Shown here one piece after another: positions 56,586 to 64,000 of a stretch of DNA of 64,000 nt; the stretch's first letter is position 1, and every line of letters starts with the position of its first letter. The notes beneath the pieces were generated by a model. It worked only from the letters and a program-made list of their open reading frames with translations. It was not told the origin of the DNA and did not search any database. The stretch comes from a virus (taxonomy: Duplodnaviria > Heunggongvirae > Uroviricota > Caudoviricetes): the IMG/VR virus record IMGVR_UViG_3300032007_000006, positions 185,360 through 249,359 of that record. One strand, written 5' to 3'. A program made the position numbers and the translations under genes.

Positions 56586-57710
56586 ATGAATACATTCAAC
56601 GAATATATTTTTGAAGCTGGAGCCACTACGGCAGAACCTCTTCACTGGGCCATTGATCCACATGTGGACAGATGCATTCTTCTGAAGCGTGGCAGAAAGT
56701 CCATTCTTGGAATTGACTTTGATGGAAAGAACTACACCGTAATGACAGATCCAAAGGACAAGTCTTCCATGGGATGTCAGAAGAGCAAGTTTGTGGACGC
56801 CTTTGCCATGGCGCAGGAACTGCTCAATGACAAGCTGGAAGGTGCCTTGATTCCAGCATGTCCTTCCAATATCCGTCGCTGGCTCAAGCGTGGACCAGAA
56901 AAGTCCGAAGATGATGGAATTGAAATGTCTAATGAAAGCGTTTCGGAATCTTCAGATGAATGGGAAACTGCAACGTCTTCCATTCCCAAGGACTATTTTG
57001 AATGGATCAAGGGAAAGAACGAAGGCGAAGTTGTTTTAAGACGCCGCAGGAAAAACTACATTAAAGTGTGCAAAAGAATTCCTGATCCAGCAAATTCCAA
57101 GTTTTTTAAGGAATGGATTAAGGAAAAGCCATACTGCATGAAGATGTATGCCTATTCCATGGAGAATAAGTCACATCTTAAACTGGAATACGCCACCCTT
57201 GAAGAACTGTTGAAGAGTGCCGAATCCTACAAAAAAATGGACTACAGTGCCAACGCATTGAACTTTCCTGCCATGCCAGACGATGTCAAGGAATGGCTGG
57301 AAAAAGGATACAAGAATCCAAGCTCGGAAGTTGTTTCTGAGGCTGCAGAACATGTATTCAGATGGGAAATATTCAAGAAGTATGCCAACAAAGTGTCTCT
57401 CATTCTTGATGGCCGCTATGAAGTGGCCTCTATCTATAGAAACTTTGGAAAGAGTGCAGACGTTCTTCCTTATGCTATTGAAATCTATTCCTTCAATCAT
57501 GCCTGCGAATTTGCTGGTCTTGAAAAGACCATCGCGGATGCAGTGGCCAGAGTTGCAAAGGAGCTTATCCATCCAATCAAGCTGAAAGGCGATCCTCAAA
57601 TGGCTGGCGTATCTGCCGCCGATGTCAAGATTCCTCCAATGCCTACTTCTGCAAGGCTGTGGCTTGACAAGTCATTTGACGAAGCAACCATTCTATCCGA
57701 GAAAAAGTAG
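56586..57710 (+). CDS. Putative internal protein with CTS MNTFNEYIFE (374 aa)
   Basis: Largest member of the cluster. Confidence 0.55.
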   Translation: MNTFNEYIFEAGATTAEPLHWAIDPHVDRCILLKRGRKSILGIDFDGKNYTVMTDPKDKSSMGCQKSKFVDAFAMAQELLNDKLEGALIPACPSNIRRWLKRGPEKSEDDGIEMSNESVSESSDEWETATSSIPKDYFEWIKGKNEGEVVLRRRRKNYIKVCKRIPDPANSKFFKEWIKEKPYCMKMYAYSMENKSHLKLEYATLEELLKSAESYKKMDYSANALNFPAMPDDVKEWLEKGYKNPSSEVVSEAAEHVFRWEIFKKYANKVSLILDGRYEVASIYRNFGKSADVLPYAIEIYSFNHACEFAGLEKTIADAVARVAKELIHPIKLKGDPQMAGVSAADVKIPPMPTSARLWLDKSFDEATILSEKK

Positions 57711-57820
57711 CATTTCTTTAAATATTAAGCTTTATAGCATATAAGGGGGTGGGACTGTTGTGTCCTGCTCCCTTTCTTTCTTGTCGCTTCCTTTTGGACT
57801 TTTCCACGGAGGAAACTGAA

Positions 57821-59266
57821 ATGCAAATGGTCAAGGAAATGCTTGAGTTCATTGTAGACACAAGGCTTGCTGGAGAAGACAACGTCAAGACTGGAATTCC
57901 ATTCCACCTCCAAAAGCAGGAAGCCACATTGATTGTAATGTGGGGAGACAAGACGCATTCCATCCTGTCGGCCGACAAGTATTCCGATTCTGATGCCCTT
58001 GCTTCCGTCCATGAATATCCTGCTCCTGGAGAATATAAAATCTCCATCTATGTCGAATCTCCATACTCCTGGTCGGATGTATACATCTCTACGCTTGACT
58101 GCCAGGATGCCATATTCAACTGCATTCCTTCCCTGTTCAACGAGAAAACAGAATGCATGCGATACTTCAAGCAGACTTTGGTGGAGCTTCCAACTCCGCT
58201 GCCGCGAATGAAGGGATCCATTCAGTTCACTCTGTCCAATCCCGCAACTGGATGCAATGGAATAAAATTGAATGAAAACTTCTCGTTCCTCTTCATTCAC
58301 TGCAGCTCCTTAAGAAAGATTCATCCAAAGCTGTTCTCCAGCAACAAGCATTCCATCAGCTTCTCCTACTGCTTCTATGGATGCAGCAAGCTTGAAGAGC
58401 TTCATAATGAGATGTTCAAGGGATGCTCCACTGTTCTGTCCTATGCCTTCTGCTTCTTTGGATGCTATGAATTGAAGACTATCCCAAGCGATCTGTTCAA
58501 GGACTCGTTCAAGGCGCAGGGATTTAGAGGCGTGTTCAAGGACTGCCTTGGCCTGCGGTCCATTCCAGAAAACCTTTTCAGTGGATCTTGCTCGGCCGAA
58601 CTGTTTTCCGAAGCATTTCAGAACTGCATTTCCCTTCAAAGCATTCCAGAGAGACTGTTCTCCAGATGTCCAAACGTAGTTGGATTCTCCTCCACCTTCG
58701 AAAATTGCATATGCGTGACAAGCGTTCCAGAAAACCTCTTCAAGTGGTGTCCGAGAGTGCTGCACTTTAGATCCACCTTTTCCAAGAGCGGATTGAAGCA
58801 TGTTCCAGAAGACCTGTTTGCCGACAAGAAGTATGTCTCTTCCTATTCCTACGTATTCAGCTGGTGTGACATCGAGGACGTGCCTGGAAAGCTGTTCAAG
58901 GACTCCATCTATGCTGTGGACTTTTCTGGATGCTTTTATGGATGCAACCATCTCAGAAGCGTTGGAAGGGAGCTGTTTGCCAATGCCATATATGCAAGAC
59001 GATTCAGCCACTGTTTTTATGGCTGCAAGAATTTAAAAAAGGCTACCATCGAAATTTCTTCAAGAACGGTAGACACGGCCTATCTTTTTATTGAAAAGAA
59101 GGAAGATGCTGAAATTACAGTTGTAGCGCAGCGATTGTCTTCTACTGCAAAAATGCTTACACTAAAAAGCGAAAAGCTTGGAATTACTGTTGAAGAAAAG
59201 TCATTTGTCAAGGCTACGCTCAGAGCACTCTGGGAGTCAATTCTAAAAATTATGAGACACGACTAG
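57821..59266 (+). CDS. BspA-type leucine-rich-repeat (LRR_5-like) protein, 481 aa
   Basis: About 12 repeats of the F..C..L..IP..LF pattern (SIPENLFSGSCSAELFSEAFQNCISLQSIPERLF...); GGAGGA SD. Confidence 0.6.
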   Translation: MQMVKEMLEFIVDTRLAGEDNVKTGIPFHLQKQEATLIVMWGDKTHSILSADKYSDSDALASVHEYPAPGEYKISIYVESPYSWSDVYISTLDCQDAIFNCIPSLFNEKTECMRYFKQTLVELPTPLPRMKGSIQFTLSNPATGCNGIKLNENFSFLFIHCSSLRKIHPKLFSSNKHSISFSYCFYGCSKLEELHNEMFKGCSTVLSYAFCFFGCYELKTIPSDLFKDSFKAQGFRGVFKDCLGLRSIPENLFSGSCSAELFSEAFQNCISLQSIPERLFSRCPNVVGFSSTFENCICVTSVPENLFKWCPRVLHFRSTFSKSGLKHVPEDLFADKKYVSSYSYVFSWCDIEDVPGKLFKDSIYAVDFSGCFYGCNHLRSVGRELFANAIYARRFSHCFYGCKNLKKATIEISSRTVDTAYLFIEKKEDAEITVVAQRLSSTAKMLTLKSEKLGITVEEKSFVKATLRALWESILKIMRHD

Positions 59267-59282
59267 CAGAGATAAATCCTCT

Positions 59283-59311
59283 TGACAGGTCCTCTAAATG
59301 TTGGTATGCTC
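59283..59311 (+). promoter_or_regulatory. Sigma70-like promoter TTGACAGG-N16-TATGCT
   Basis: -35, 17-bp spacer, -10 TATGCT upstream of the second LRR gene. Confidence 0.5.
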
Positions 59312-59343
59312 TTTCTGAAATGCCAGCATAGGAGGACCTTTTT

Positions 59344-60972
59344 ATGTCTGAAGAATTTGCCAGCAATGAATTTGCTATAGACGTTCTATGTGATGAAAAT
59401 GGCTTTGTCGCCCTTCCGTTCCGATGCCTTGAAGAGGAAGGCCTTGAAGTAGACTGGGGTGGAGAAGCAGAAACTCTTTCAAAAGGAAGACTGTTTCTTG
59501 CAGAGCACAGATATCCAGAATCAAAAACCTGGCACAGGATTGTGATTAGGTGTGATGACTGGTCGAAAGTATGGATGGTCGCGATTGATTCATCTGTAGA
59601 AATTTTAAGCCGACTTGCTCCACAGAATGCCGTCAGCAAGGCTAGACACTGTACATGGAGATTTTTAACTCCACTTCCTAAAGTGGCTGGAATGCTGGTG
59701 TATGACTGGACAGAACTTCCATGCGATGCAGATGACAATTTTATTGTACGCGACTTTGAAACAACCGAAGCTCCCAACTCGCTTGAGCATTCCATGTGCT
59801 TCTTTGGAAAGATAGAAGAAATTCCACACGACTTCTTCTCAAACATTGAGGCTTCGTCCTTCAAAGGAGCATTTCAAGGATGCATTATCAAGTGTTCTAT
59901 TCCATATTCTCTCTTTTCTAAACAAGGCTCTGCAAAGTCTTTTGCATCATGCTTTGAAGAAGTGGAGTTTAAAGTTCAATTTCCTCTATATGAAGAAATG
60001 TTTGGAGACTGCACATCGGCAGAAAATTTTACTGGACTGTTTAGAGGTTCCAATCTGAACTACATTCCTGAAGGACTGTTCAAGGGATGCAAAGCGGCCA
60101 AGTCCTATAAGTCCTGCTTTAGTAGAACCAGAATAAAAGAGATTCCCAATGTAAAACTCTTTGGAGATTCTCCAGAAGCAGAAAACTTTAGCTTCTGCTT
60201 CAATGGATGCCATGAAATTGAAGTCGCTCCATCAAGAATCTTTTCTGGAACAAATGGAAAGGATTTTTCCTACTGCTTTGCCAACTGCACTCAACTTGAA
60301 ACGGTCGAAGCTCCATTTGTAGACTGCAGCAATGCCGAAAACTTTTTCGGATGCTTTAAAAACTGCTCTTCTCTGCTGGCATTGAGTGGTGTCGTGTTTC
60401 TATCTGCAGGCAAGGCCACAGATTTTGGCGAATGCTTTGAAGGATGCGAAAAGCTTGCCACAGTGTCGGATACGCTGTTTCAAAATACGCATGCGGCTGA
60501 AAACTTTGATGCAGTGTTCAAGGACTGCAAAGGAATAAAGAGCCTTCCGAAAGGACTGTTCTCGAAATGTCCAAATGCCGCATACTTCAATGCATCATTT
60601 ATGAACTGCATTTCTCTTGATGAAATTGCGGCAGATATATTCAGAGGATGCAAGGAAGCGGAAGAATTTGAATCAACATTTCAGGGATGCATTAATCTTT
60701 TTGTAGTGCCAGTTACTTTGTTTGCATGGTGCGAAAATGTCATTACGTTCAAGAAATGTTTTGATGGATGCATCAATGCCTTTGACAGCATGAAACTGTA
60801 CATTGCTTCCTCCTATGTTGCAGACGCTTCTTATTTTGTTCCATCAAACGCAACGTTCTTGAAGAATGCTGGAACTGTAGTGTTGATTAAGGAAGGAACA
60901 AAGACAGAAAGGACATTCATGCTTGAAGAAAGAAAAAATCCATATCTCAAGATTGAAACTCTGCATGCGTAG
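59344..60972 (+). CDS. BspA-type leucine-rich-repeat protein, paralog (542 aa)
   Basis: Same repeat pattern (F.GC..L..IP..LF); AGGAGG SD. Confidence 0.6.
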   Translation: MSEEFASNEFAIDVLCDENGFVALPFRCLEEEGLEVDWGGEAETLSKGRLFLAEHRYPESKTWHRIVIRCDDWSKVWMVAIDSSVEILSRLAPQNAVSKARHCTWRFLTPLPKVAGMLVYDWTELPCDADDNFIVRDFETTEAPNSLEHSMCFFGKIEEIPHDFFSNIEASSFKGAFQGCIIKCSIPYSLFSKQGSAKSFASCFEEVEFKVQFPLYEEMFGDCTSAENFTGLFRGSNLNYIPEGLFKGCKAAKSYKSCFSRTRIKEIPNVKLFGDSPEAENFSFCFNGCHEIEVAPSRIFSGTNGKDFSYCFANCTQLETVEAPFVDCSNAENFFGCFKNCSSLLALSGVVFLSAGKATDFGECFEGCEKLATVSDTLFQNTHAAENFDAVFKDCKGIKSLPKGLFSKCPNAAYFNASFMNCISLDEIAADIFRGCKEAEEFESTFQGCINLFVVPVTLFAWCENVITFKKCFDGCINAFDSMKLYIASSYVADASYFVPSNATFLKNAGTVVLIKEGTKTERTFMLEERKNPYLKIETLHA

Positions 60973-60990
60973 AAGGAAACAGGAGTGCAT

Positions 60991-61749
60991 ATGAAAGTAG
61001 GCCAGGTTGGAGAAGGAAAGGTTTATCTGCTTAACAAGGGAGGCAAGGTCTGGACAGACATTGCCGCGAGGTTTGTCCGTTCTGAGAGGCCTGTAGAGGA
61101 GATCATACAGTCGGACTATGATCCAAAGATTGTTAGAAACATTCTGGAGTCTGGACACTATGCGGCGACAGAATTTGATCTTCTTCTTTTTGGAGTTGAA
61201 GGCTATTCCAGAGTATGCGAAGTGCAGCTTGTACGCAAGCGTCTTGCATCCTATCTCATCAAGTCTGGACGAGCTGAACTGCATGGGAAGAGGACTTTTT
61301 CAATTGTTGCTCCAGACAATGTGCTGGACAGAAAGTTCACTGTAGACGTGAAGGGAGAAAAAGTGGCGCTGTCTGGACGCGACCTGGCCAGCATCTCCGA
61401 GCAATGGTATGAGAGTGGTCTTGAAGCTGGACTTCCAGAGGAGGATCTGCGGTATTTCAAGCCACAGGCTACGGAATTCAAGGCCATCATAGGGATGAAT
61501 GTTCATGCCTTAAGGGACTGGCTGAAAATACGGATGTGCCAGAATGCACAGGCCGAGATAAGAGATCTGGCGACCAAAATGTGCCATCTGGCGAAGGAAG
61601 CCTATCCTGACCTGATAGAAGGAGCAGGACCATCCTGCAAGGTGCTTGGCTACTGTCCTGAAGGCAGACTCCAGAACGCCAAGTGTAGGGGAAAGATACC
61701 GCTGAAGGAAGACCTGCTTGAAGCATGGAAAGCATACAAGTCAAAGTAG
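60991..61749 (+). CDS. thyX: Flavin-dependent thymidylate synthase ThyX (253 aa)
   Basis: ThyX signature R-[HK]-R-x7-S (VRKRLASYLIKSGR) plus YAATEFDLLLFGVEGYSRVCEVQL; AGGAG SD before the ATG at 60991. Confidence 0.78.
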   Translation: MKVGQVGEGKVYLLNKGGKVWTDIAARFVRSERPVEEIIQSDYDPKIVRNILESGHYAATEFDLLLFGVEGYSRVCEVQLVRKRLASYLIKSGRAELHGKRTFSIVAPDNVLDRKFTVDVKGEKVALSGRDLASISEQWYESGLEAGLPEEDLRYFKPQATEFKAIIGMNVHALRDWLKIRMCQNAQAEIRDLATKMCHLAKEAYPDLIEGAGPSCKVLGYCPEGRLQNAKCRGKIPLKEDLLEAWKAYKSK

Positions 61750-61757
61750 AATGAAGA

Positions 61758-61779
61758 GGGAGAAGCATATGCTTCTCCC
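61758..61779 (+). terminator. Rho-independent terminator (gggagaagcatatgcttctccc) after thyX
   Basis: 11-bp palindromic stem followed by TTGTAAATATT. Confidence 0.55.
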
Positions 61780-61788
61780 TTGTAAATA
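61780..61788 (+). promoter_or_regulatory. TTGTAAATA late-promoter-like motif directly after the terminator, 32 nt upstream of the kinase gene
   Basis: Recurring motif. Confidence 0.4.
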
Positions 61789-61820
61789 TTGAATGATCTC
61801 CATAGCATAGAAATTAATCA

Positions 61821-62195
61821 ATGAAAGGATATATTGAGTGGCTTAATGAGAATAAGCTGTTTGAAAAGGCCTTGAATGTTGGTGCTAAAAGCGCAATGCC
61901 TAAAGAAAATCAAGCAGTTATCTTGTCTGGTGGTGCGGGATGCTTTGCCGCCACTACTATGGTCAAAACTTCTTCTGGCCACAAGGCAATAAAGGATGTT
62001 GCAGAAGGAGACATAGTTGAATCGTGGAATGAAGAAACTGGACAGCTTGAATGGAATCCAGTTCTAAAGGTCAATGTATTTCCACCTGTAAAAAGAATGA
62101 TGCGATTGACTTTTGACAATGGCGAGGAAGTCATTTGCACGGAAGATCACGAATTTCTGGTTGATGGAAAATGGGTGCAAGCTAAGGATTTATAG
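61821..62195 (+). CDS. P-loop NMP-kinase-like protein N-terminal extein (with CTS-like MKGYIEWLNE) fused to a split-intein N-fragment
   Basis: ...AVILSGGAG then the intein CFAATTMVKTSSG (Block A) ... TEDHEF (Block B), then a stop. Confidence 0.6.
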   Translation: MKGYIEWLNENKLFEKALNVGAKSAMPKENQAVILSGGAGCFAATTMVKTSSGHKAIKDVAEGDIVESWNEETGQLEWNPVLKVNVFPPVKRMMRLTFDNGEEVICTEDHEFLVDGKWVQAKDL

Positions 62196-63465
62196 CAATG
62201 ATAATTTATAGACATCGCAATAAACCAGAAAATATTATATTTGATAGTATTGATGTAAAAGATATTATTAAAGAAATAACACATTTATATGCGTTGTCTA
62301 ATCCAATGTTTATTCAATTTGGAGATTTATCTTTAACTGCTTTGAATATTTTTATTATTAATAATATAAACAAATCGTTTAACGATAATAAACTTATTAA
62401 AGAATGCACTAAAGCACTTAATGAAGTGTTGAAAGTTAATTATCAATGTAAACCATCAAGTAAATTTTTAAACTATGGATATTATATTGAATGTGGTCAT
62501 TCTGAAGAAGAAGCAAAAATAATAGTTTCTAATATTCAAAAAAGTCGTTCTAATAGATGTGTTGAATATTGGATCAATAAAGGATTTACTAATGAAGAAG
62601 CATTGATTAAAGTAAATCAAGTACAAAAGCAATATGCAGAAAAATCAGCAGAAAAATTATCTTTAGATTATTGGTTAAAATATGGATTATCTTATGATGA
62701 AGCAATTATTAAGCAAAAGGAATATAATTTAAAAATTGCATCTTCGTCAAAAGAGCATTTAAAACAAATTAATCATAAATCTGATGAAGAAATTGAACAG
62801 ATTAGAAAAGTACGATACAATACTAGAGATCCACAAATATGCGCTCTTCGTCATAATATTAGTATAGATGATGCAAAAGCAATTGTTAAAGATCGTATAG
62901 CACGTTCTACCTGTTGTGGAACAAAAAATGGAATGTACGGTCATAAATCTCCATTAAGATCTGGTGCAGCATATAGTGGTTATTATAAAGACTTTTATTT
63001 TAGAAGCTTTTCTGAATATTGTTTTATTAAACTTCATGAAAGTGAAGACATACATTCAGCCGAAGATAAATTTAAAGTTGTTTGGAAAGAGGGAAAAACT
63101 TATCGACCAGATTTTATTATTGGTGATACAATCTATGAGATAAAATGTGACTATATGTTGGATAATGATGAAACAAAACTTAAATTGAAAGCTTTAAAAG
63201 AAATGTATCCAGAATATAAAATTATTCTTGTTCCTGCAAAATCTATTCCTAAACCTCCAAAAGAAATTGTTTTGAATGATATTGAAAATGGAAATTTGCG
63301 TATAGTTGAGTCAAAAATGAAAAAGTTTAAACAGTTTATGGAGAAATATAAATGAAAGTTATAAAAAAGGAATACATAGACTGGAATGAAGATGTCTATG
63401 ACTTGGTCGTTGAAAGGGCTCACAGCTATGTCATTGGAACTAAATCTGACATCATTGTTCATAAC
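61941..63465 (+). mobile_element. Split intein plus free-standing HE cassette inserted in the P-loop of the kinase gene
   Basis: IntN 61941-62192, HE 62198-63355, IntC 63352-63465. Confidence 0.6.
62198..63355 (+). CDS. Free-standing homing endonuclease (PD-(D/E)xK) between the split-intein halves, 385 aa
   Basis: RPDFIIGDTIYEIKCDY (PD...E.K), GTKNGMYG motif shared with the HE at 46936-47877; extremely AT-rich. Confidence 0.5.
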   Translation: MIIYRHRNKPENIIFDSIDVKDIIKEITHLYALSNPMFIQFGDLSLTALNIFIINNINKSFNDNKLIKECTKALNEVLKVNYQCKPSSKFLNYGYYIECGHSEEEAKIIVSNIQKSRSNRCVEYWINKGFTNEEALIKVNQVQKQYAEKSAEKLSLDYWLKYGLSYDEAIIKQKEYNLKIASSSKEHLKQINHKSDEEIEQIRKVRYNTRDPQICALRHNISIDDAKAIVKDRIARSTCCGTKNGMYGHKSPLRSGAAYSGYYKDFYFRSFSEYCFIKLHESEDIHSAEDKFKVVWKEGKTYRPDFIIGDTIYEIKCDYMLDNDETKLKLKALKEMYPEYKIILVPAKSIPKPPKEIVLNDIENGNLRIVESKMKKFKQFMEKYK

Positions 63466-64000
63466 TCTGGAAAAGGAATGGTGTTGAACAACATCCTCAA
63501 CATTCCCAACGCCAGAGTGTTTGACGTAGACAAGTTAAAGAATGACATCATCAAGATGCGTCCAAAGTCCATGGCCGATGCATTTCTCAAGCAGACTGGA
63601 AAAAACCTGAAGCAGATCAATCTTGGCAATCCAGATGACGTGGCCTTGATACACAAGTTTGTCTCGGACAACAAGTACGACAAGAAAGTCATCAATCAGT
63701 TCTTTCTCAGCAATGGAGATGTCTGGCCTGATGGCACTCCAAAGCCAGAAAAGAACCTTCACAAGCCTAATGTAGTGTTCGACGTCACTCTCAAGGATGA
63801 AAAGAAGATGTTTGAACTTTGCAGGCTTCTTCAGTTCTATGGATGGGAGAAGAAGAACATTCATCTGGTATGGATTCTGAATGACTTCGAGATTGCTTCC
63901 ATGCAGAACCAGGAAAGGGACAGAAAGGTTCCGCAGGACATTCTGAAGCAGACTCATGTTGGCGCTTCGGACACCATGAGGGAGATCGTCACAAACTTCG
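63352..64000 (+). CDS. Split-intein C-fragment (38 aa) fused to the kinase C-terminal extein; partial, runs off the window
   Basis: VYDLVVERAHSYVIGTKSDIIVHN then +1 Ser; SGKGMV completes the Walker A GGAG|SGKG; no stop up to 64000. Confidence 0.6.
   Translation, partial: MKVIKKEYIDWNEDVYDLVVERAHSYVIGTKSDIIVHNSGKGMVLNNILNIPNARVFDVDKLKNDIIKMRPKSMADAFLKQTGKNLKQINLGNPDDVALIHKFVSDNKYDKKVINQFFLSNGDVWPDGTPKPEKNLHKPNVVFDVTLKDEKKMFELCRLLQFYGWEKKNIHLVWILNDFEIASMQNQERDRKVPQDILKQTHVGASDTMREIVTNF

Noticed and set aside
1-64000. Prophage or integrated element (integrase, att sites, transposase)
   Set aside because: No integrase, recombinase or transposase-like ORFs were seen. The gene content (gp55, rIIA/B, gp44/62, RNase H, NrdD, tail fibres) indicates a virulent T4-like phage fragment.

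Overview
This 64-kb window reads as a fragment of a virulent T4-like myovirus genome. GC is about 42%, and nearly every gene has a strong AGGAGG-type Shine-Dalgarno site, so the host is probably not a Bacteroidete. T4 core markers recognisable by motif are the late sigma factor gp55, rIIA (GHKL ATPase), a candidate rIIB, the gp44/gp62 clamp loader, RNase H/FEN, dUTPase and anaerobic RNR NrdD. A partial nrdG lies at the left edge.

The left 28 kb is a minus-strand block of small early/middle genes and the right part mixes structural and replication genes. No integrase, tRNA or CRISPR array was seen.

Four things stand out.

1. At least 13 genes begin with a T4-style capsid-targeting sequence, M-[KN]-[TS]-F-x-[ED]-[YW]-[LI]-x-E, with the gp21 protease LxE cleavage motif. 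They include two J-domain (HPD) paralogs, a tandem cluster of five at 54.8-57.7 kb, and a P-loop kinase. Several sit behind a recurring late-promoter-like TTGTAAATA motif. This looks like an expanded arsenal of packaged, injected internal proteins.

2. Three intein events are present. NrdD carries a contiguous intein with a LAGLIDADG endonuclease. A UvsW-like SF2 helicase and the P-loop kinase are each fractured by a split intein with a free-standing PD-(D/E)xK homing-endonuclease gene between the halves, in three different reading frames and in AT-rich DNA.

3. A two-gene module (GT-A-like DxD enzyme with a Cys-rich tail, plus a small conserved partner) is tandemly duplicated at 4.5-7.6 kb.

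4. Accessory genes include an SPFH/band-7 protein, a SpoT-type HD (p)ppGpp hydrolase with a KEEP x9 repeat, a TROVE/vWA protein, a GNAT enzyme, a phage-encoded beta-barrel outer-membrane protein, two BspA-type LRR proteins, ThyX and a RuvC-like resolvase.

There are two promoter classes and many rho-independent terminators. Structured non-coding regions at 28.6-29.1 kb and 31.1-31.6 kb separate divergent gene blocks.
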